From the NCBI GenBank assembly GCA_964187785.1, contig OZ076415.1, positions 18,538,001 to 18,602,000 of the forward strand: a stretch of 64,000 nt of DNA, given 5' to 3'. Both the position numbers and the translations under genes were made by a program. The stretch is from Amphiscolops sp. MND2022 (lineage: Eukaryota). Below, in pieces: positions 47,801 through 61,646 of the stretch (the first letter of the stretch is position 1; every line of letters starts with the position of its first letter). Below the pieces are notes generated by a model. It was not told the DNA's origin. It searched no databases and was given only the letters and a program-made list of their open reading frames with translations.

Positions 47801-50064
47801 ATTGTTAGTTTAAGGCCCGCATGTCTGATACACTCAAAGGTGGCTTTCAATTTTTTGATGAGATGATCCAAGTCGTTGGCGGCTATGCCGATGTCGTCCA
47901 CATATTGGGCACCTTGATCAGCTTTGATAACTTTATCCAGGTATTCCCTCATGAAACTTGAAAAAGCTGAAAATGCTCTGCTAAGGCCCTGAGCAAGTCG
48001 TCTATACGCAAAGGTGCGGCTTGCAAAATTGAACGCAAGCATCTCAACGGACCTTTGGTCCGCCATTGGTAGGCAGTGGTATGCCTGTGAACAGTCAAGT
48101 TTACAGAACAATTTCTTTCCTGCCATATGTTGTGCAGCGTCCGTTAGGGTGCTAACCGGATGATTGTTGTTTATATAGTCATCCGAAATGAGGTTATTAA
48201 TTTTTCTCAGGTCGACTAGTAGTCTTAGCTTCCCATTCGGCTTTTTCTGTGCGAATATGGGACTGGCGTATTTCGAAAAGGGCAGAGTAGTTATTATGCC
48301 ATATTTGTGTAAGAGGGCCAGTTTGACTAGTATGTCCTCTTTTAAATTGACTGGAGTTGGAAGACTTTGGCTGTAAGCGGGCGAATCGTCCTTAGGGGTC
48401 AGTTTGACCGTGAATTCTTCATTCATTCCGATGTCAAATCTGTGTCGTGCGAATATGTCATGGTATTCGACTAAAAGCGATTCGATCTTTTTGATTTCGT
48501 GTTGTTGCAGCATGGAGTCTTTCCAGTCGAAATTGCTAAGGAATTTGCGGCGTGACTCATCATCATTTTGAGGGTTCAATTGTTCAGCTTCTTGGAGGTT
48601 GCGTAATTCTTGAAGAATTCGTCGTTGGATGGGAGTATGGGAATCTTCGTCCCCAGGGTTTTTTGGCGTTGCAAACCAGTACTGTTTATATTGGTCATTG
48701 TTCCGATTAGTTTTAAGTAGGCTACTGACATAGTAGATCGCGTCCTCTTCATTTTCATTGAGGAGATGCCATGTGGACACCGGGTCAATGGGTTTGACGT
48801 GTTTCATCTGTTCCGGTGTTAGTACAGAAAAGTTTGCTATGTGTAGTCCCTTTTTTAAGCTTGTACGGTTGGTCTGTGAAATTGTTGATATGAACGTTGA
48901 CATTTCCACTAGTCAATGTGACTATCGCGGCACAGAATGTGATTGTCACCTTCTTCATGGAGGATATCACTGGGCTGCAGCACTCCTGTGACCGTATTTT
49001 CATTGTAGATTTGGGATTTGATCTCTACTAAGATACGGTCATTGGGTGGTATTGTGATATCGTCTGGGTTAAGTATTGGTTCCAGTACGTTGGAATATTT
49101 ATGGTCAGCCGTTTTGAGTTGCATCGAGAAATATGGGAAACTGAGTATGCCTTGTCGCATGTCCAGTACTGTATGATTCCTCTGGAGGAACATCAGTCCT
49201 AAGATAGGGCCAGTCAGTTTTTCCATTATTATAAATATTTCATGGAATTCGATATCTCCGACTTCGAACTTGAGTTCAACAGTGCTCTTTGGGGTTTCCA
49301 ATTGTCCGTTTGCGACCATAATGAAACGTCGGGGCAGGTCCCTCTTTGACTATGGATTGGGGCGCCCAGAGGCGTATTTTTTTGAGGTCTGCTTCCGGTA
49401 TTGCGCTGGAGTGAGCTCCAGTGTCTATGAGGCCGTCTATGGTTAGTTCCCCAAAGTCCATCGGGAAATATAGCATCCGTTTTTTGTATTTGAGTCCGAG
49501 GTTTGTGGATAAGGGTATATATGCTGGTTCTCCCTCTTTAGTTACAAGGACATGTATGAAGGCTGTCTCGTCGAGGAGGCCAGGAGTGGCCTGTGTCTCT
49601 TCTGCATGTGGCTGATCTTTGATTGCATCAAAATTTGGTTGCCACGGTTCGATAAGTGCCCGAGACAGTATACTGTCCACAATGTCGGGGTCGTCCTCAT
49701 CGTCCGTTGGCGGGTAGTCATCATTCCGAAATTGTAAATTGTGTTTATCGTATATATCATCATCCCAGTACGGGTCTTTGCCGTACTCAGGGTCATAGTA
49801 TTGGAGGTTGTAGTCTTCGACAATTTGTAAGGGTCGGAATTGGGTTTCTGAGTCTTTAGTGAGGTTGTTACGTCGATATAAATATGGGTGGTCACTGTGG
49901 ATAATGTATTGAGTTTGAGTACAGGCTTCCACCATCTGCTGCTGCCAGACAGTCGATGGGGTCCCTGTGATGTCCTTTTGTGATTGCTTGTAGGCGATAT
50001 TAGCTGGGTCTGATATGACATATTGTCGTATCGACTTTTGATCAGAGATTTGGAGTCGTGGCAA
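44847..50064 (-). pseudogene. pol: Gypsy-B pol, disrupted
   Basis: LIDTGA, YVDD, RNase H and integrase motifs colinear with Gypsy-A pol; several frameshifts and a stop at 46185-46187. Confidence 0.95.
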
Positions 50065-50066
50065 AA

Positions 50067-51768
50067 TTAGTTTTTTGATTCAGGCTTTTTGGAGTTCGAT
50101 TGGCCTGATGAGAACGTTGTGGATTTTTCATTCTTGGTGCGAGTGCCTTCGTCTTCAGAGGGCTCCGTATCTTTGCAAGAGTATTGTCTGTTTCTTTTTG
50201 GACGAAGATGGGCACCAGCGCCACGCCAACATTTCTCTGCTGGATGATTGGTTTTGCTGCAGGTGGGGCATTCTGGATAAGTTTGTCGTTGAGGCTTCTT
50301 GCCGTCTTTGGCCTCTGATTCTTTCTTTTTTTTCAGTTTTGGACAATTTTTCCAGAAGTGGTCCTCTGCCTTGCAGAATGAGCGTTGGTTATTTTTGTTT
50401 GTGTCAATGCCAGTGGATAGTAAATTTCGGGATTTGCTGGACGACGAAGTCATTGTAGCAATGGGTAGGTCGTCAGATTCTTCTAATGCGTTTAATTCGA
50501 GTTCTCTTTCCAGATGTGCCACAATCTCCTCGTAGGTCCCGTTTTCCAGTCGGGCCATATTCACTGATCTCTTGAGTTTCGGGGGGTAATTTGGCGTATA
50601 ACAGGCTATCTATCATGCTCTTGGCGTTTTCCCCAAAGGCTTTCTCGGCACCCTGGTTGAGTTCTTCGAGAAAATCGGGTAATTTCATCGTGTTGGGATC
50701 AAAGATGAGCCTATGCCACTTATGTTTAGCTGTGGCTTGAGACTCGGGTTTGACGTACTTTCTGCGGAATATGACCAATACGTCCTCTAATGTTTGACGG
50801 TTTATGGAGTTTATATTTCGGAAAGTTTGCAGTGCTCCTTTTCTGAGCAGGGAATGAAAATGGTTTATTTTCTTTTGTTCAGGCATAGCGGGATGCATCT
50901 TTATCATTGTATGAAGTAAATCTTCAAACAATTCGAATTTCTCTGTTTTGCCGTCAAATGTCATGGGGTTCGTCGTGACTGGTCTAATTGTCATCGAGTG
51001 TGGTTTATTTTGGAGGTTTACCAGGTTATCTGATCGGTTAATAGGGTCTTGTGGCTGTTCTGCCGGAGCAGGCTCCGCTATTGGCATAGTTGTATCCAGA
51101 GTTGTGTCATGTGCAGATTCTTGCCTTTGGAGGTCTGGCTGGGAGTGAATTCGTCCAGTGAGGAATTCTGGAATTGGATGTTGGGCTTCGCTAGCTCCTG
51201 TCACCATGTAAGGACTAACGTCCGTGTGGTCTCTCAAATCACAAGCGGACCTTGAATCCTTCTTTGTTAATCTTGTATTTGTGTTCTCCCATGCGCTTCT
51301 GATTCCTTCCTCATTTGTGGACGTACACGGCCCAACGCTATGTTGACCCAAAGGCAAATTTTATACCATATTCTGTAATTCTGGAATAAGTCTCTCACTG
51401 ATAGCAGAACTAATGGCCCTGCTAATCTGCGATTGCATTAGGTCCATCATAGCCTCCATCTCGCGTGACATCCTAGCATTCATTTCCCCAGATAGTGTGT
51501 TGATAGACTCTATCAGTCTACTTTCCCTAACAGGTTCATTTCTACTATCAATGTCTCTAATCTCATTTTCTTGAGATGAATTTTCTCTGTTCGGAAAGGA
51601 CTGAAAGTCTCGTTGTCCCTCTGGGACGTTAATTAAACTGTCAAGTTCTCTTTCTATAGAGTTAGAGTTTTTCCCACCTAGCATCACGTCCATGTTGCCC
51701 TAATCAGACAACATATCTAATTATCTCGATTTCCTAGACTTGGCCTTTTGTCTCCTTGTAGAAGGCAT
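50067..51768 (-). pseudogene. gag: Gypsy-B gag, disrupted; starts inside the 5' LTR
   Basis: MPSTRRQKAK at 51768; nonsense codons near 51700 and at 51361-51363; frameshift near 50560; knuckle CPTCSKTNHPAEKC. Confidence 0.92.
51194..51206 (-). promoter_or_regulatory. Primer binding site TGGTGACAGGAGC (Gypsy-B)
   Basis: Directly after the LTR end TTACA; identical to the Gypsy-A PBS. Confidence 0.88.
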
Positions 51769-52834
51769 TGAAAAAACTGTTCCAGGAGAAAATAAGTAAA
51801 TTGTCCCTGTGGACAATCAAAAAATTGGGCTTACAGTGTATCTTGTACGATTAGTATAAGAGCAACTGATCTAGTACCGAGTTATTTTAACAATCCCCGC
51901 TCAGAGGCCAATATGGGTTTATATACCCAAGTGGGCATGACACTCAACAAAATGGCGGTCAAGTTACTAAAAATAACTTACAAGTTATAAATAGATCGCG
52001 TCACTACTATTTATAGCATCATTACAACACTGGGTATGTTTGGGGCGGCATGATCAAAGTGCCTTGTAAGGCCGTGGCGGGACATGCCGTTTGAACGGCT
52101 GAAAATATTCACATGAGTCTCATGTTTGAATCAACACTACATGTATACATAATCTATGTGGACCTGCATGGCCGATCGCCATGAGGGGCATTCTAAATTC
52201 ATGAAGGATAAATGATGAAACTGCATTTACTAAGAAAGCGCTATATATCCCTCATCTAATTACGGTTATATGTATGTAGCAACATTTCATGTTCAACAGA
52301 TCAACATTTTCATGTACAATTTCAAATAACACTCAATGTGTCGATAGGCCGTGAAAGGCCTTACTTAAAATAATAGCATCTAGCAATTGGACCACTTAAC
52401 TCGTAAGCCGAGTCCGTCCTTATTTTGCTTGTACAGTTATCAACAAACAAAGCATAGCATCAAACAAAGCAGGCAGGTCTAATCACGTGGCCGGACTGGT
52501 CCTTTCTTGAGTAAATATATAGTTAGCAACTATGAGCGAATGAGTGAAATTAGCATGGCTGTGATTGGTCAATTTGCCGTACGCGGCCATATTAGCTATA
52601 CTGAACAGGCAGCCATTTGAACACGTTTTCTTTCTGCCTGTCAGTATAACTTGCTGTCAAATATTATCACAATAAACTAAAATAACTTTGCATGTATTGA
52701 ATGGACTAATATTGAGTTTTAATCAACAAATAAAGTTCGTGAAATAGTTTCTATTGGAATTGTTCCGGGTAGGGCAATCGGTATACTGTGGTCGATCGTA
52801 TAGAGGTTGCCATCGCAGGCGGCCGCCTGCGACA
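51207..52834 (-). repeat. 5' LTR of Gypsy-B (1628 bp)
   Basis: TGTCGC...CTTACA; repeat of 37118-38699; flanked by the TSD. Confidence 0.95.
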
Positions 52835-54404
52835 TGAGGGGTTATATTTAACAATATCATTAAATATTTCCCAAAACTTTTGCATTATATTTTAATGAAG
52901 TTGCATAAATACACACAATCAACTACGGATTTATGCTAATTATTTTTACATAATTTTTCGAGTGTGGGGGATAAGTTCCCCTCTGTGACCCCTTGTTCCC
53001 CCGTGTGAATTTCTGTGGAGTCATTCAAATCCATAAAAAGATATTAGCAATCAGTTTCAAGGTTATTCATTAGGTGAAACAAAAAGATTTTAAAACATGG
53101 GTGAGGGTCAGAAAAAAGAGACCAGAATATTTGTTCATTACGAACAGTCAAAACACAAATGATCTTTTGAAAGGAACATCAGTTTAACAATCCTACAAAA
53201 CTTTCGAAGTGAATTTCAATGCCAATTCTCGATTTTCAAAATATTTTCAAATCCCGAAATCAATAAAATGATGTAAATTCTGAGTCATTCATGAAGATAT
53301 ATATACGAATAATTAAAATCATTACTTTTTAAAACATACACGCATCATTGAACAACCAAGCATATTATGATTTGAGAAGACAAAGACAAAAAAAATTGTA
53401 AAAGTAAGTTATATTGTTTTACAACCGCATTCAAGACAGAAGTCAATAGCTCTCTTACTTATTCCCCCCACACATTATAATAACTAATTTTTACCAGCAG
53501 ATCTGAACTAACTGTGCTGGCACTCAGCTGCCAACAACCAATGATCACCACTGGAGGCAATGTTGGATCATCTGTCACTATTTCCACTGGTGGCCACCGG
53601 TGGATTTTTATTTCGAAATAAGTTAGACAATGAATTTTGGAAAATTGTTTAAAATGTAACTTTTGTCTATCATTATTTTATTGTTAAGTCTGGAGGCAAT
53701 CTGCTGCTTTGACTAACTCCAGTTTTCGAAGAGACCCCAGCCCCGTTGTTAAACATCAAAACGTAGACCAAGTTTCTCATTCATTGATCGATGTACTCTT
53801 CCAAATGTTTTTTTTCGGCTCTTTTCGTAGTTCTTCGTATGAACAAAACATTACTCACGCATTTGGATTGTGATTAAGTTCGAATTAACTTTTTGTGACT
53901 AAAAAAGAAAGTTGTTAATTTCTTGATCAAGAATGCGTGACTTCATAAAAAAAACAGTTCTGAGCAATTCTCAGCGAGTAATTCATGAATACCACTGATA
54001 ATAACCAAACGTAAGTAAATGTAATATAGATTTCATTTAAAAACTTCAGAAGATTGGTGGAGTTTCTTTCACATGTTCACAGGCTCACAGGTTGATACTA
54101 ATCTGCACAACGTTGATACTGTGCCCATCAGCTCTTCAGTTGTGTACAATTCCATACAAAAAAACCACGTCGTATTTGAATTCTTCCCGATTTTAGCTTG
54201 TTTCAAGCGTGAATTTTGGACAATAGTATCGAAACATTAGGGTCATTTTTGCTGGAAGTGTCAAAACAGCTGTAAAGAAAGACAAATTTCTAAGAATTTA
54301 CATTCTCTAAGTATTTACATTCCCCTGTTGGGGGGATTCGAAAGAAGGTGTATCTGGAGAGGAAATAAGACACATAGTCAAATATTTTTGCTGCCAAACT
54401 CTTG

Positions 54405-54806
54405 TTTTTAGTCAGCGCCTTTTCCTTTAAGGAAAAAACCCGACTATTACATTGGGTAGTTGTTTTCAGTTCACTCTGAATGGTCCACTTTTTTTCTTCA
54501 TTTGCTCAACTTTTTAGCCGAGATGTTTCAGTTCGGATATAACGTTTCGAAGTTCGAATGTAACGTTTTCAAAGTTAAAGATCGGATGTAACGTTTTCAA
54601 AGTTCGGAAATACCGTTTTCAAAGTTCGAATGTAACGGTTTCAAAGTTAAAGTTCAGATGTAACGTTTTCAAAGTTCGGATGCAACGTTTTCAAAAGTTG
54701 AAACTAACGTTTTCATTTCTCGTATAACATTATCGATTTTCCCCAAAAATTTCACATTTTGTAGAGCCTTAGATATGGCGCCGACTTGAGCCGTTCTCGG
54801 TTTGTT
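54405..54806 (-). mobile_element. HINE/DINE-like non-autonomous element, copy 2
   Basis: Degenerate AGTC.GCGC...CGACT stem-loop at 54410-54445 and end motif GAGCCTTAGATATGGCGCCGACTTG..CGTTC..GG.TTGTT shared with copy 1. Confidence 0.5.
54528..54716 (+). repeat. Minisatellite, unit approximately GATGTAACGTTTTCAAAGTTCG (22-28 bp)
   Basis: About eight degenerate tandem units, no unique spacers. Confidence 0.85.
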
Positions 54807-55540
54807 GTTTTTATATTCGGAGAAAGCAATTCTATTTTTTGCGTACACAATTGAAAATTGAAATACAGCGAAACTTGTAAACACCATGACTGAGAAATAC
54901 CTTTTTCTGTTTCAAATGAAGCAAGTAATTTTTTCCTCATTCTGCTCGCAAGCCACACGAAAGAAGCAAACATATATCTGACATTTTTTTTATTTTCAGG
55001 AGAAATTCACGACTGTTTTTTTCGAAAATCCAAAGTGAAACCCGGGCGAGCATAAACAACAGATGAGAACAAAGACTTCGAGGCGGAGCTGAAGTTGAGA
55101 GTTAACACAATCCTTCTTGAACAAAAATGGCAAATGGACAGGACAATTTTGTTAGCAGATTTACAGCTACGAGCACAGCTACTGTCGTTAGGCCAAGCAG
55201 TCATTGAAAGGAATATAGTATGCCTATATGTCGTTTACCAAATGGTTGCAGAATATGTCAACGTTATTGAAACTGAGAGAAAAACAACAATGAACGATGA
55301 ACCAAAAATTATTCCCGCGAACAATTTTACAACTCAGAAAAATTCGTGAATGATTCATGACTCAAGCTTTCGAGATAGCAAAGAAATGATTTTTGCCAAA
55401 ATAATACTTTTAATTCAATCTTGCGACGCAACATCCTCCGGGCCCAAGAAGATGTCAATACAAAACATTAGAACTGAAAAAAAAGAACTTTTTTCGGAGA
55501 ACGGTTTACATGGATTTTCGATATAAATGTTACGCTGTGC

Positions 55541-58500
55541 TCAATGATAGGTACGATTACAAGGACAAATAAAACGAAAAAAAAAGATAATGGACCAAGT
55601 AAGATGAGGAGAATCATCATGTGGAAGAACGGGTGCGAGTTTTACAACCGGACGCACGAGAGATCCAGTTGCTGTTTTCAATTCAGCCGAGCGGCCAACA
55701 GAGCCTTTACCGTATTTCAACCTAACAACACGTGCAAGTGGGTAGTGTCCGCGTGGACTCGAAGGTTCGACAATCCAGACGAGATCTCCGGTCTTGACTT
55801 CTCGTTCTGATTGGTTCGACCACTTGGATCGGCGGTTGAATGAGGGGACGTAGTCTTGCAACCAACGGCTCCAAATAGCGTCACTGTATGCTTGTGCACG
55901 GGCATAGCGCTTTCGGTGGTCAGCGTCGGCGTGCTGATGTGATGGTAACGTGGAAGTCGCCGCGCCCAGCAGGAAGTGATTTGGGGTTAGCGCGTCCAAT
56001 TCGGTAGCGTCGGAGCTGACAGGTACAAGTGGTCGGAAATTGAGGCTCTGCTCTACTGAACAAAATATAGTAGACAAAATCTCATCAGTGAGGCGGCGGT
56101 TACCCAGTAATGCGTAGAAGACGTGCTTGAAATTTTTGACAACTCTTTCATAGACCTCTCCATGATGCGTTGCACTGGGTGGGTTAAATTTCCAGTGAAT
56201 CCGCCTTTTAACAAGTTCTTCGGACAGAGCTTGCTGATTCCAGTTGGTTAGATTCAGTAAAAATTCTTTTTCACTGGCAACGAAGTTTGTTCCGTTATCC
56301 GACCACAAGGCAGACGGTAAGTCACGGCGCGCTGCGAATCTGTCGATTCCCATTACGCAACTACTCGTGTCCATAGAAGTGACGACTTCAAAATGAAACG
56401 CCTTAGTAGTTAGACAGGTAAAAAGGAATCCCCAGCGTTTTTCAGTCGATCTTCTGACAGTAACGTGGAACGGTCCAAAGTAGTCGATGCCAGTGTTTGT
56501 GAATGGGCGCTCTTTGATTGCTAATCGTTATCGGACATTATCGGGTAGAGTATCTTTGCTCGGCGTTTCCGGCATATCACGCCTTTCAAAACAATTGATC
56601 TCAGGGCTGTCCTACGCTTGATGTCGGCTAGCTGTTGCTGCACCAACGCCCTCAAATAGCCCACGGCCGGATGACAATGTGTCTGGTGGAGGTGTCCTAA
56701 ATAAAGTCTGACGACGGGATGTCGGCTGTCTAGTAAAACAGGTTGTTTTGCATCGAAGTTGGAAGCATCGAGTTGTTAAGTTCTACCTGTCTCTCGCACC
56801 AAGCCTTTTGGTCCGACGAAACGGGTAAATTGACGTAGTTTGGATGAGGTGCTAGATGGTGCTTGATCGAGCAAACTCTTCTTCTCCATTGGGAAAGACT
56901 CCTCTTGGGCTGAATAAATGAGTTTTTGTTGAGCGTTAGTGAGTTCTATAGGGTCGGTAATTGTTCCTGTCGCGGAGCGGAATGTTTCGATTTGAGGGAG
57001 GAGGCGCAATAAGTAAGCCACTATGCGCAAAAGTTTCTCGAACGAGCACTACTTTTGTCACTCAAAAGTTGAAGCTGTCGTGGTCACAGCAGCCAATGCG
57101 GTTGTCTCAATGACTACTTGCTCCGATGTTTTAGTATCTACTTTGTTGCCTTTTAGTTTTAGCTAGAGCTCCTTTGACGGCTGGATTGAAAGTTCGGGGT
57201 TCAGCAGGAAAGCTGGACCTTTCAGCCACGGGCTGTCGCGGAGGGCACTGGCTGGTAGTCCTCTTGTACCGGCATCCGAGGGGTTGTCGCACGATTGTAC
57301 GTAATTCCATTCATCGACTGTTGTCAGATCTAAAATCTCGGCCACACGGTTGGCAATGAAGACAGTTTGTTTTTTGATAGAATGAAGCCATCGAATGGCG
57401 GTTGTTCTGTCCGTCCACATGAAAGTTATATCGATTCGGAGAGCAAGTGTGCTTTCGATATCTTTCCAGAGGCTCGAGGCAAGTAATGAAGCTTGCAACT
57501 CGAGTTTTGGAATGGTAAGGGCTTTCATTGGAGCCACTCTGGCTTTTCCGAAGACAAAGCCTTATTGAGTACGGCTTCCATGTTGGGTTGTCACTTTTGC
57601 TCGCAGAAAGGCAACTGCGCTGAAGCAGTCTTGCGAACTGTCGCCAAACACGTGCTGTTCCAACGCTGTGAATGGTCCCTCGAAGTAGCTGCGCGGGATT
57701 TCGATTTGACTCAGTTTCGCTAGATCTCTGTTCCATTCATTAAACTTGGTTACTGTTTCCCCGGGCAGGTTGTCGTCCCACTGTTGACCATGTAGTTGCC
57801 ATATATCTTTCAGCAAAAGCCGTGCCGACACTGTGTAAGGTGCGACGAGGCCTATCGGGTCATACACAGCGGACACAATGCCTAGGATGATCCTTTGTGT
57901 TAAAGTTCGATTGGTGTCCGGACTTGTCCCTCGACTAACTACGAGACTGTCTGACAAGTGGTTCCATTTCTCTACCAATTTGTTGGAAGACTCTTCGGTC
58001 TTCGGTTTGCTCTTTTCCGCGGTCAACGATGGTTTACAAGTAGGTTCAAGGTCATTAGAAATTTCAGGAACATTGGATACGCACTTTGTCAAGCTGAATC
58101 CAACTCTTTCGATTAGTTTAACCAAATTTTTTGCTTTCTTGGCTGCTTCTTTGATCGTGGGGATTGATTCTAGGTAGTCGTTCATATAGAAGCTACGATG
58201 GACAATCGCGGCTGCTTCGGGGTAGTCGGTCTGGTTGTCTGTCCATGTGCATTTTGGTGGTTTTTACGGGTGATCTACGGGGTGGTGCGACAAGTACCAC
58301 TCGCGGTTGTTATCCACTTTGAAACAGTCAGAGTTGTCGATTTGAACAATATAACCCTTTGCCAAGTCGTCTTGGATGTCTTGGATAGTTTAAGAGAAAT
58401 GTTGTTTCAGTCCCGGGTCTTTACTGAGACGGCGTTCTAATGAGTTCAACTGTACGAGAGCAGAAAAGTAGTTATTGGGCAACCTACTGTCGTCATCAGC

Positions 58501-61500
58501 CTTCAATTGTCCCACTTGGTATAGGTAACCAGCGTGGTAGGTTGTTTCTTCAAGTCACCTGGTCGCTCTCGCATCGGCTGCGGAACGGGAGTCTACTTGG
58601 TTATAAGCTCCGTACGACTCCATATCGTACCAGCTGCGGACTTGGTCGATTAGTTCAGTGTCGAGACATGTGGTTACAAGCAACATCTTTCAGACAGGTA
58701 GAAACGAAGCCTGAAGTCGATGGAAGTGGACCACTTAATACCCAGCCCAACGGTAAGAGGACGGCAACTAGAGTGTTCTTGCGGTCGGCATCAAGATACT
58801 CCAGTGGGCGCAAAAAGTTGAACACATCCTGACCCAGGATTATTTCGACGTCAGCGTAGCTGTATTGTGTCAAAGAGATCGGTTCGAGGTGAGGGTACTT
58901 TGTTTTCAAAGAATCCACATCAAAAACGTCGGTTCCCCCGTTAAGGTTTTCCCTAACAAAAGGGCGTACAGTGAACGGCGAGCAAGAGCCACCCGAATGA
59001 ACGGTCGTCAATTTGAGAGCCACCATGTGCGTTTCTATGAGTTGGTTCGAGTTGATACCGTGGACGTTTAGCTTAGGTGGTCGGCCGTGTACAATTAATC
59101 TTTTGACTAGTTTAGAAGAGACTCAGGAGTGGCTACACGCCGAATCACAGAGTGCGAAGATTTTCTCAGACTTATCTGGAGATCGCAGTTCAACTTCCGT
59201 CACTTGTAATAAGCCTTTGACGTCAGTCACAGAAGGGAGGTTTGAGCTTTTAACTGACTGTCCGCTGGTAGTAGTGGTCCCAATGCAGTCAGGTGTTTTA
59301 GTGTCTGCTTGATTCCCGGGCTGTGATTGCATCTTGAAGACCCTTTCTCTTCCGTGTAAGAATGTGTTGTGTGTACTTCCACATCCTTCTTTAGTACACT
59401 TGCGGGGTTGCGGTCACGGTCTGAACGAGTGGTCGGGCTGAAACCATGAAAAGCACAATGTAGTTTGAGCTGCCAGTTTTGCTCTCGCTATCGTTGTCTT
59501 TTTCCTGAGAGTCAGGCATTTCCAAAGTGGGTGATCTTCTGTGCACGTGGCACACTTTGAGAGTACATTTTCAGGTTTTGTTTTTAAAAGGCTGGTTTGT
59601 CGATGTGACGAAGTTGTGGCGTGACGAAATCATGATGTGTTTGATGCTGACTTGGATTTGATCACGTTCACAATGCCTAAAGTTTCAGTATTCACCTTGG
59701 AAGACGTTGATTTCATACGCTCGTGGGCTTTCGCCTTGTCCTTGCGCCACTCGCTGAAATCGATCAATGTTGGTCTATCCAATGCTCGCTTCAGAGTGTG
59801 TAGTGACCACGCCTCTTTCATATTGGGGGGAAGCTTCTGCAGTGCTTGGCCAAGCAATGAAGCGCTGCACAGGTCTTGCTAGTAATTGAGTGATCGGAAC
59901 ACTCCGACTAGTGACCAGATCATGGCAGCGTATCCAATGATGCTTTCACTGTTGTGCATCTTCAATAGAGGGAAAGCTGCTAGTTTGTCGAGATACGCAG
60001 ATAAATTAGCCTGCGGTTGCCCGAACCTTCGTTCAAGGCCCTTGAGAGCATCTTTGTACACTGTACCGCAGTAGGCGAATTCCGCGATGGCGGTTTTAGC
60101 TTTGCCTGTAACAAGAGTCTTTAAGTACGTCAATTTCACATCGTCCGTCCACGGTGTGGAGTCAATGGCACTTTTGAATTGGCCGAACCACTCATGCTAT
60201 TGCATAGGGTCCCCACTGTATTGTGCCAACTTCCATTCGGGTAGGTGGTCCTTCTTGGTTGACGCAAGTAGTAACGCTAAGTCTTGTACGGAGAAGCCGT
60301 TTGTACTTGGTTGCGGCAAAGTGGACAGTGCAGTTGGTATAAATGTAGCTGCCGTTGGACGGAGGTATGCTGCATGTGGCGTGGTTGCAAATGGTTTAGT
60401 AGAGGTACTGGTAGTAGTTGGTTATACATAGTAAACGGTGCCTCTCTTCGTTACGGGCATGGTCGGAACGGTACATTCCGGGGACTGAGCAAGTGGTATG
60501 CTCGTTGCCAGTGTCGATTGAATCGATGGTAGAACTGTTAGTACTTGGGTAAACTGCTGAACTAGTCGGGTGGGAAAGGTCCACGATGTCATCTTCGGCA
60601 GGAAACGGTTAGCTGGCATCGCGAGCGTACGTGTAATGATTGGCAAAGATTGCGTTATGACTGGTGGGTTGACTGTACTTGCTTGTGTTACATTCATGGT
60701 CGGTTGTGGTTGTTGCACGACAGTCATCGGGGTTGGTGTTACACCATTTGGACTACGTTGCTGTAGGACGTTGGGAAAGGGGTGTACACTTGTTGCCTCA
60801 ATTGAAATTGCTGGCGCCGGAAATTTCATTGGTTCTGAGTGCTTGCGGTCGAGGAACAACAGCCGGAGGCTGACTGCTGGTAGCGCAGTCGAAGTAGTCC
60901 CAGAGAAGTCTGGAGGCGACAGAGTTCACTACATCGGTTAGATTGACAACATGAATTGCAGTTGGTGAACTACCAACACAGTCCTTAATCCTTCGCGTCT
61001 CGTCAACTACGCTCGCTCCGCTTGGTTGTGACAATGTTTCCTGAAAGTCTGCGTTTGTTTCTGAGAGATTCCACAAGGTGTGCTTCTGCTAGTCGTTTAC
61101 GAGTTTCTTCTTGGAGCAATTCAAGTTCCAACTCTTCCTTCTGCCTAGCGGGTCGCATTGCTATATCGTTCTGCCTTTCTATCTCTTTGCCCTTGTGTTT
61201 AGCAATGAACAGGTCACGATGTCTTCGACTCGACGATTTGGACAATTTACTGCTGGTGGCTTTGCTCGACATCGCTTTGTGAGTGGTCGTTTTAGCTGAG
61301 GTCTGAGACGATGTGTCTGGTTTGGGGTATTGGTCATGGTAATCCCTAGCTGTTTGCAAGCCTTCATCGTTCGCGACTACTGTGATTTCATTGAGCCAGT
61401 TTCCAGATCTGACGTGACTGACGGTGGGTTGACAGTTTTCTCGGCTAGTTCGAGTAATTGATCCTTCTTTGCGTACGCTGTTACGATGGCTTCATCACAA

Positions 61501-61646
61501 GACATCACTAGCCGTTCGACGCGGACGCTTCGTTCAGTATTGTTCACAGCGTCTATCACATTTTTTTGGAAATTCTTGAGGGCTGTTTCGGCTTTAGCGC
61601 CATTTTCGGACAACCATTTAACTTTATCTTGGACAGGATCCGCCAT
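55541..61646 (-). pseudogene. BEL-B gag-pol, multiply frameshifted
   Basis: MADPVQDKV (cf. BEL-A MANPVQEKV), ALCDSACSHS, IPKLELQA, SDNGTNF and RGHYPLARV fragments. Confidence 0.92.

Larger units (their letters stand above)
37118..52834 (-). mobile_element. Full-length Ty3/Gypsy retrotransposon Gypsy-B (15.7 kb) with accessory region
   Basis: LTRs 37118-38699 and 51207-52834 (TG...CA); TSD TGAGG at 37113-37117 and 52835-52839; PBS 51194-51206; PPT next to 38699. Confidence 0.97.

Noticed and set aside
54528-54716. CRISPR-like array
   Set aside because: Contiguous degenerate tandem units without unique spacers, no cas genes, eukaryotic context.
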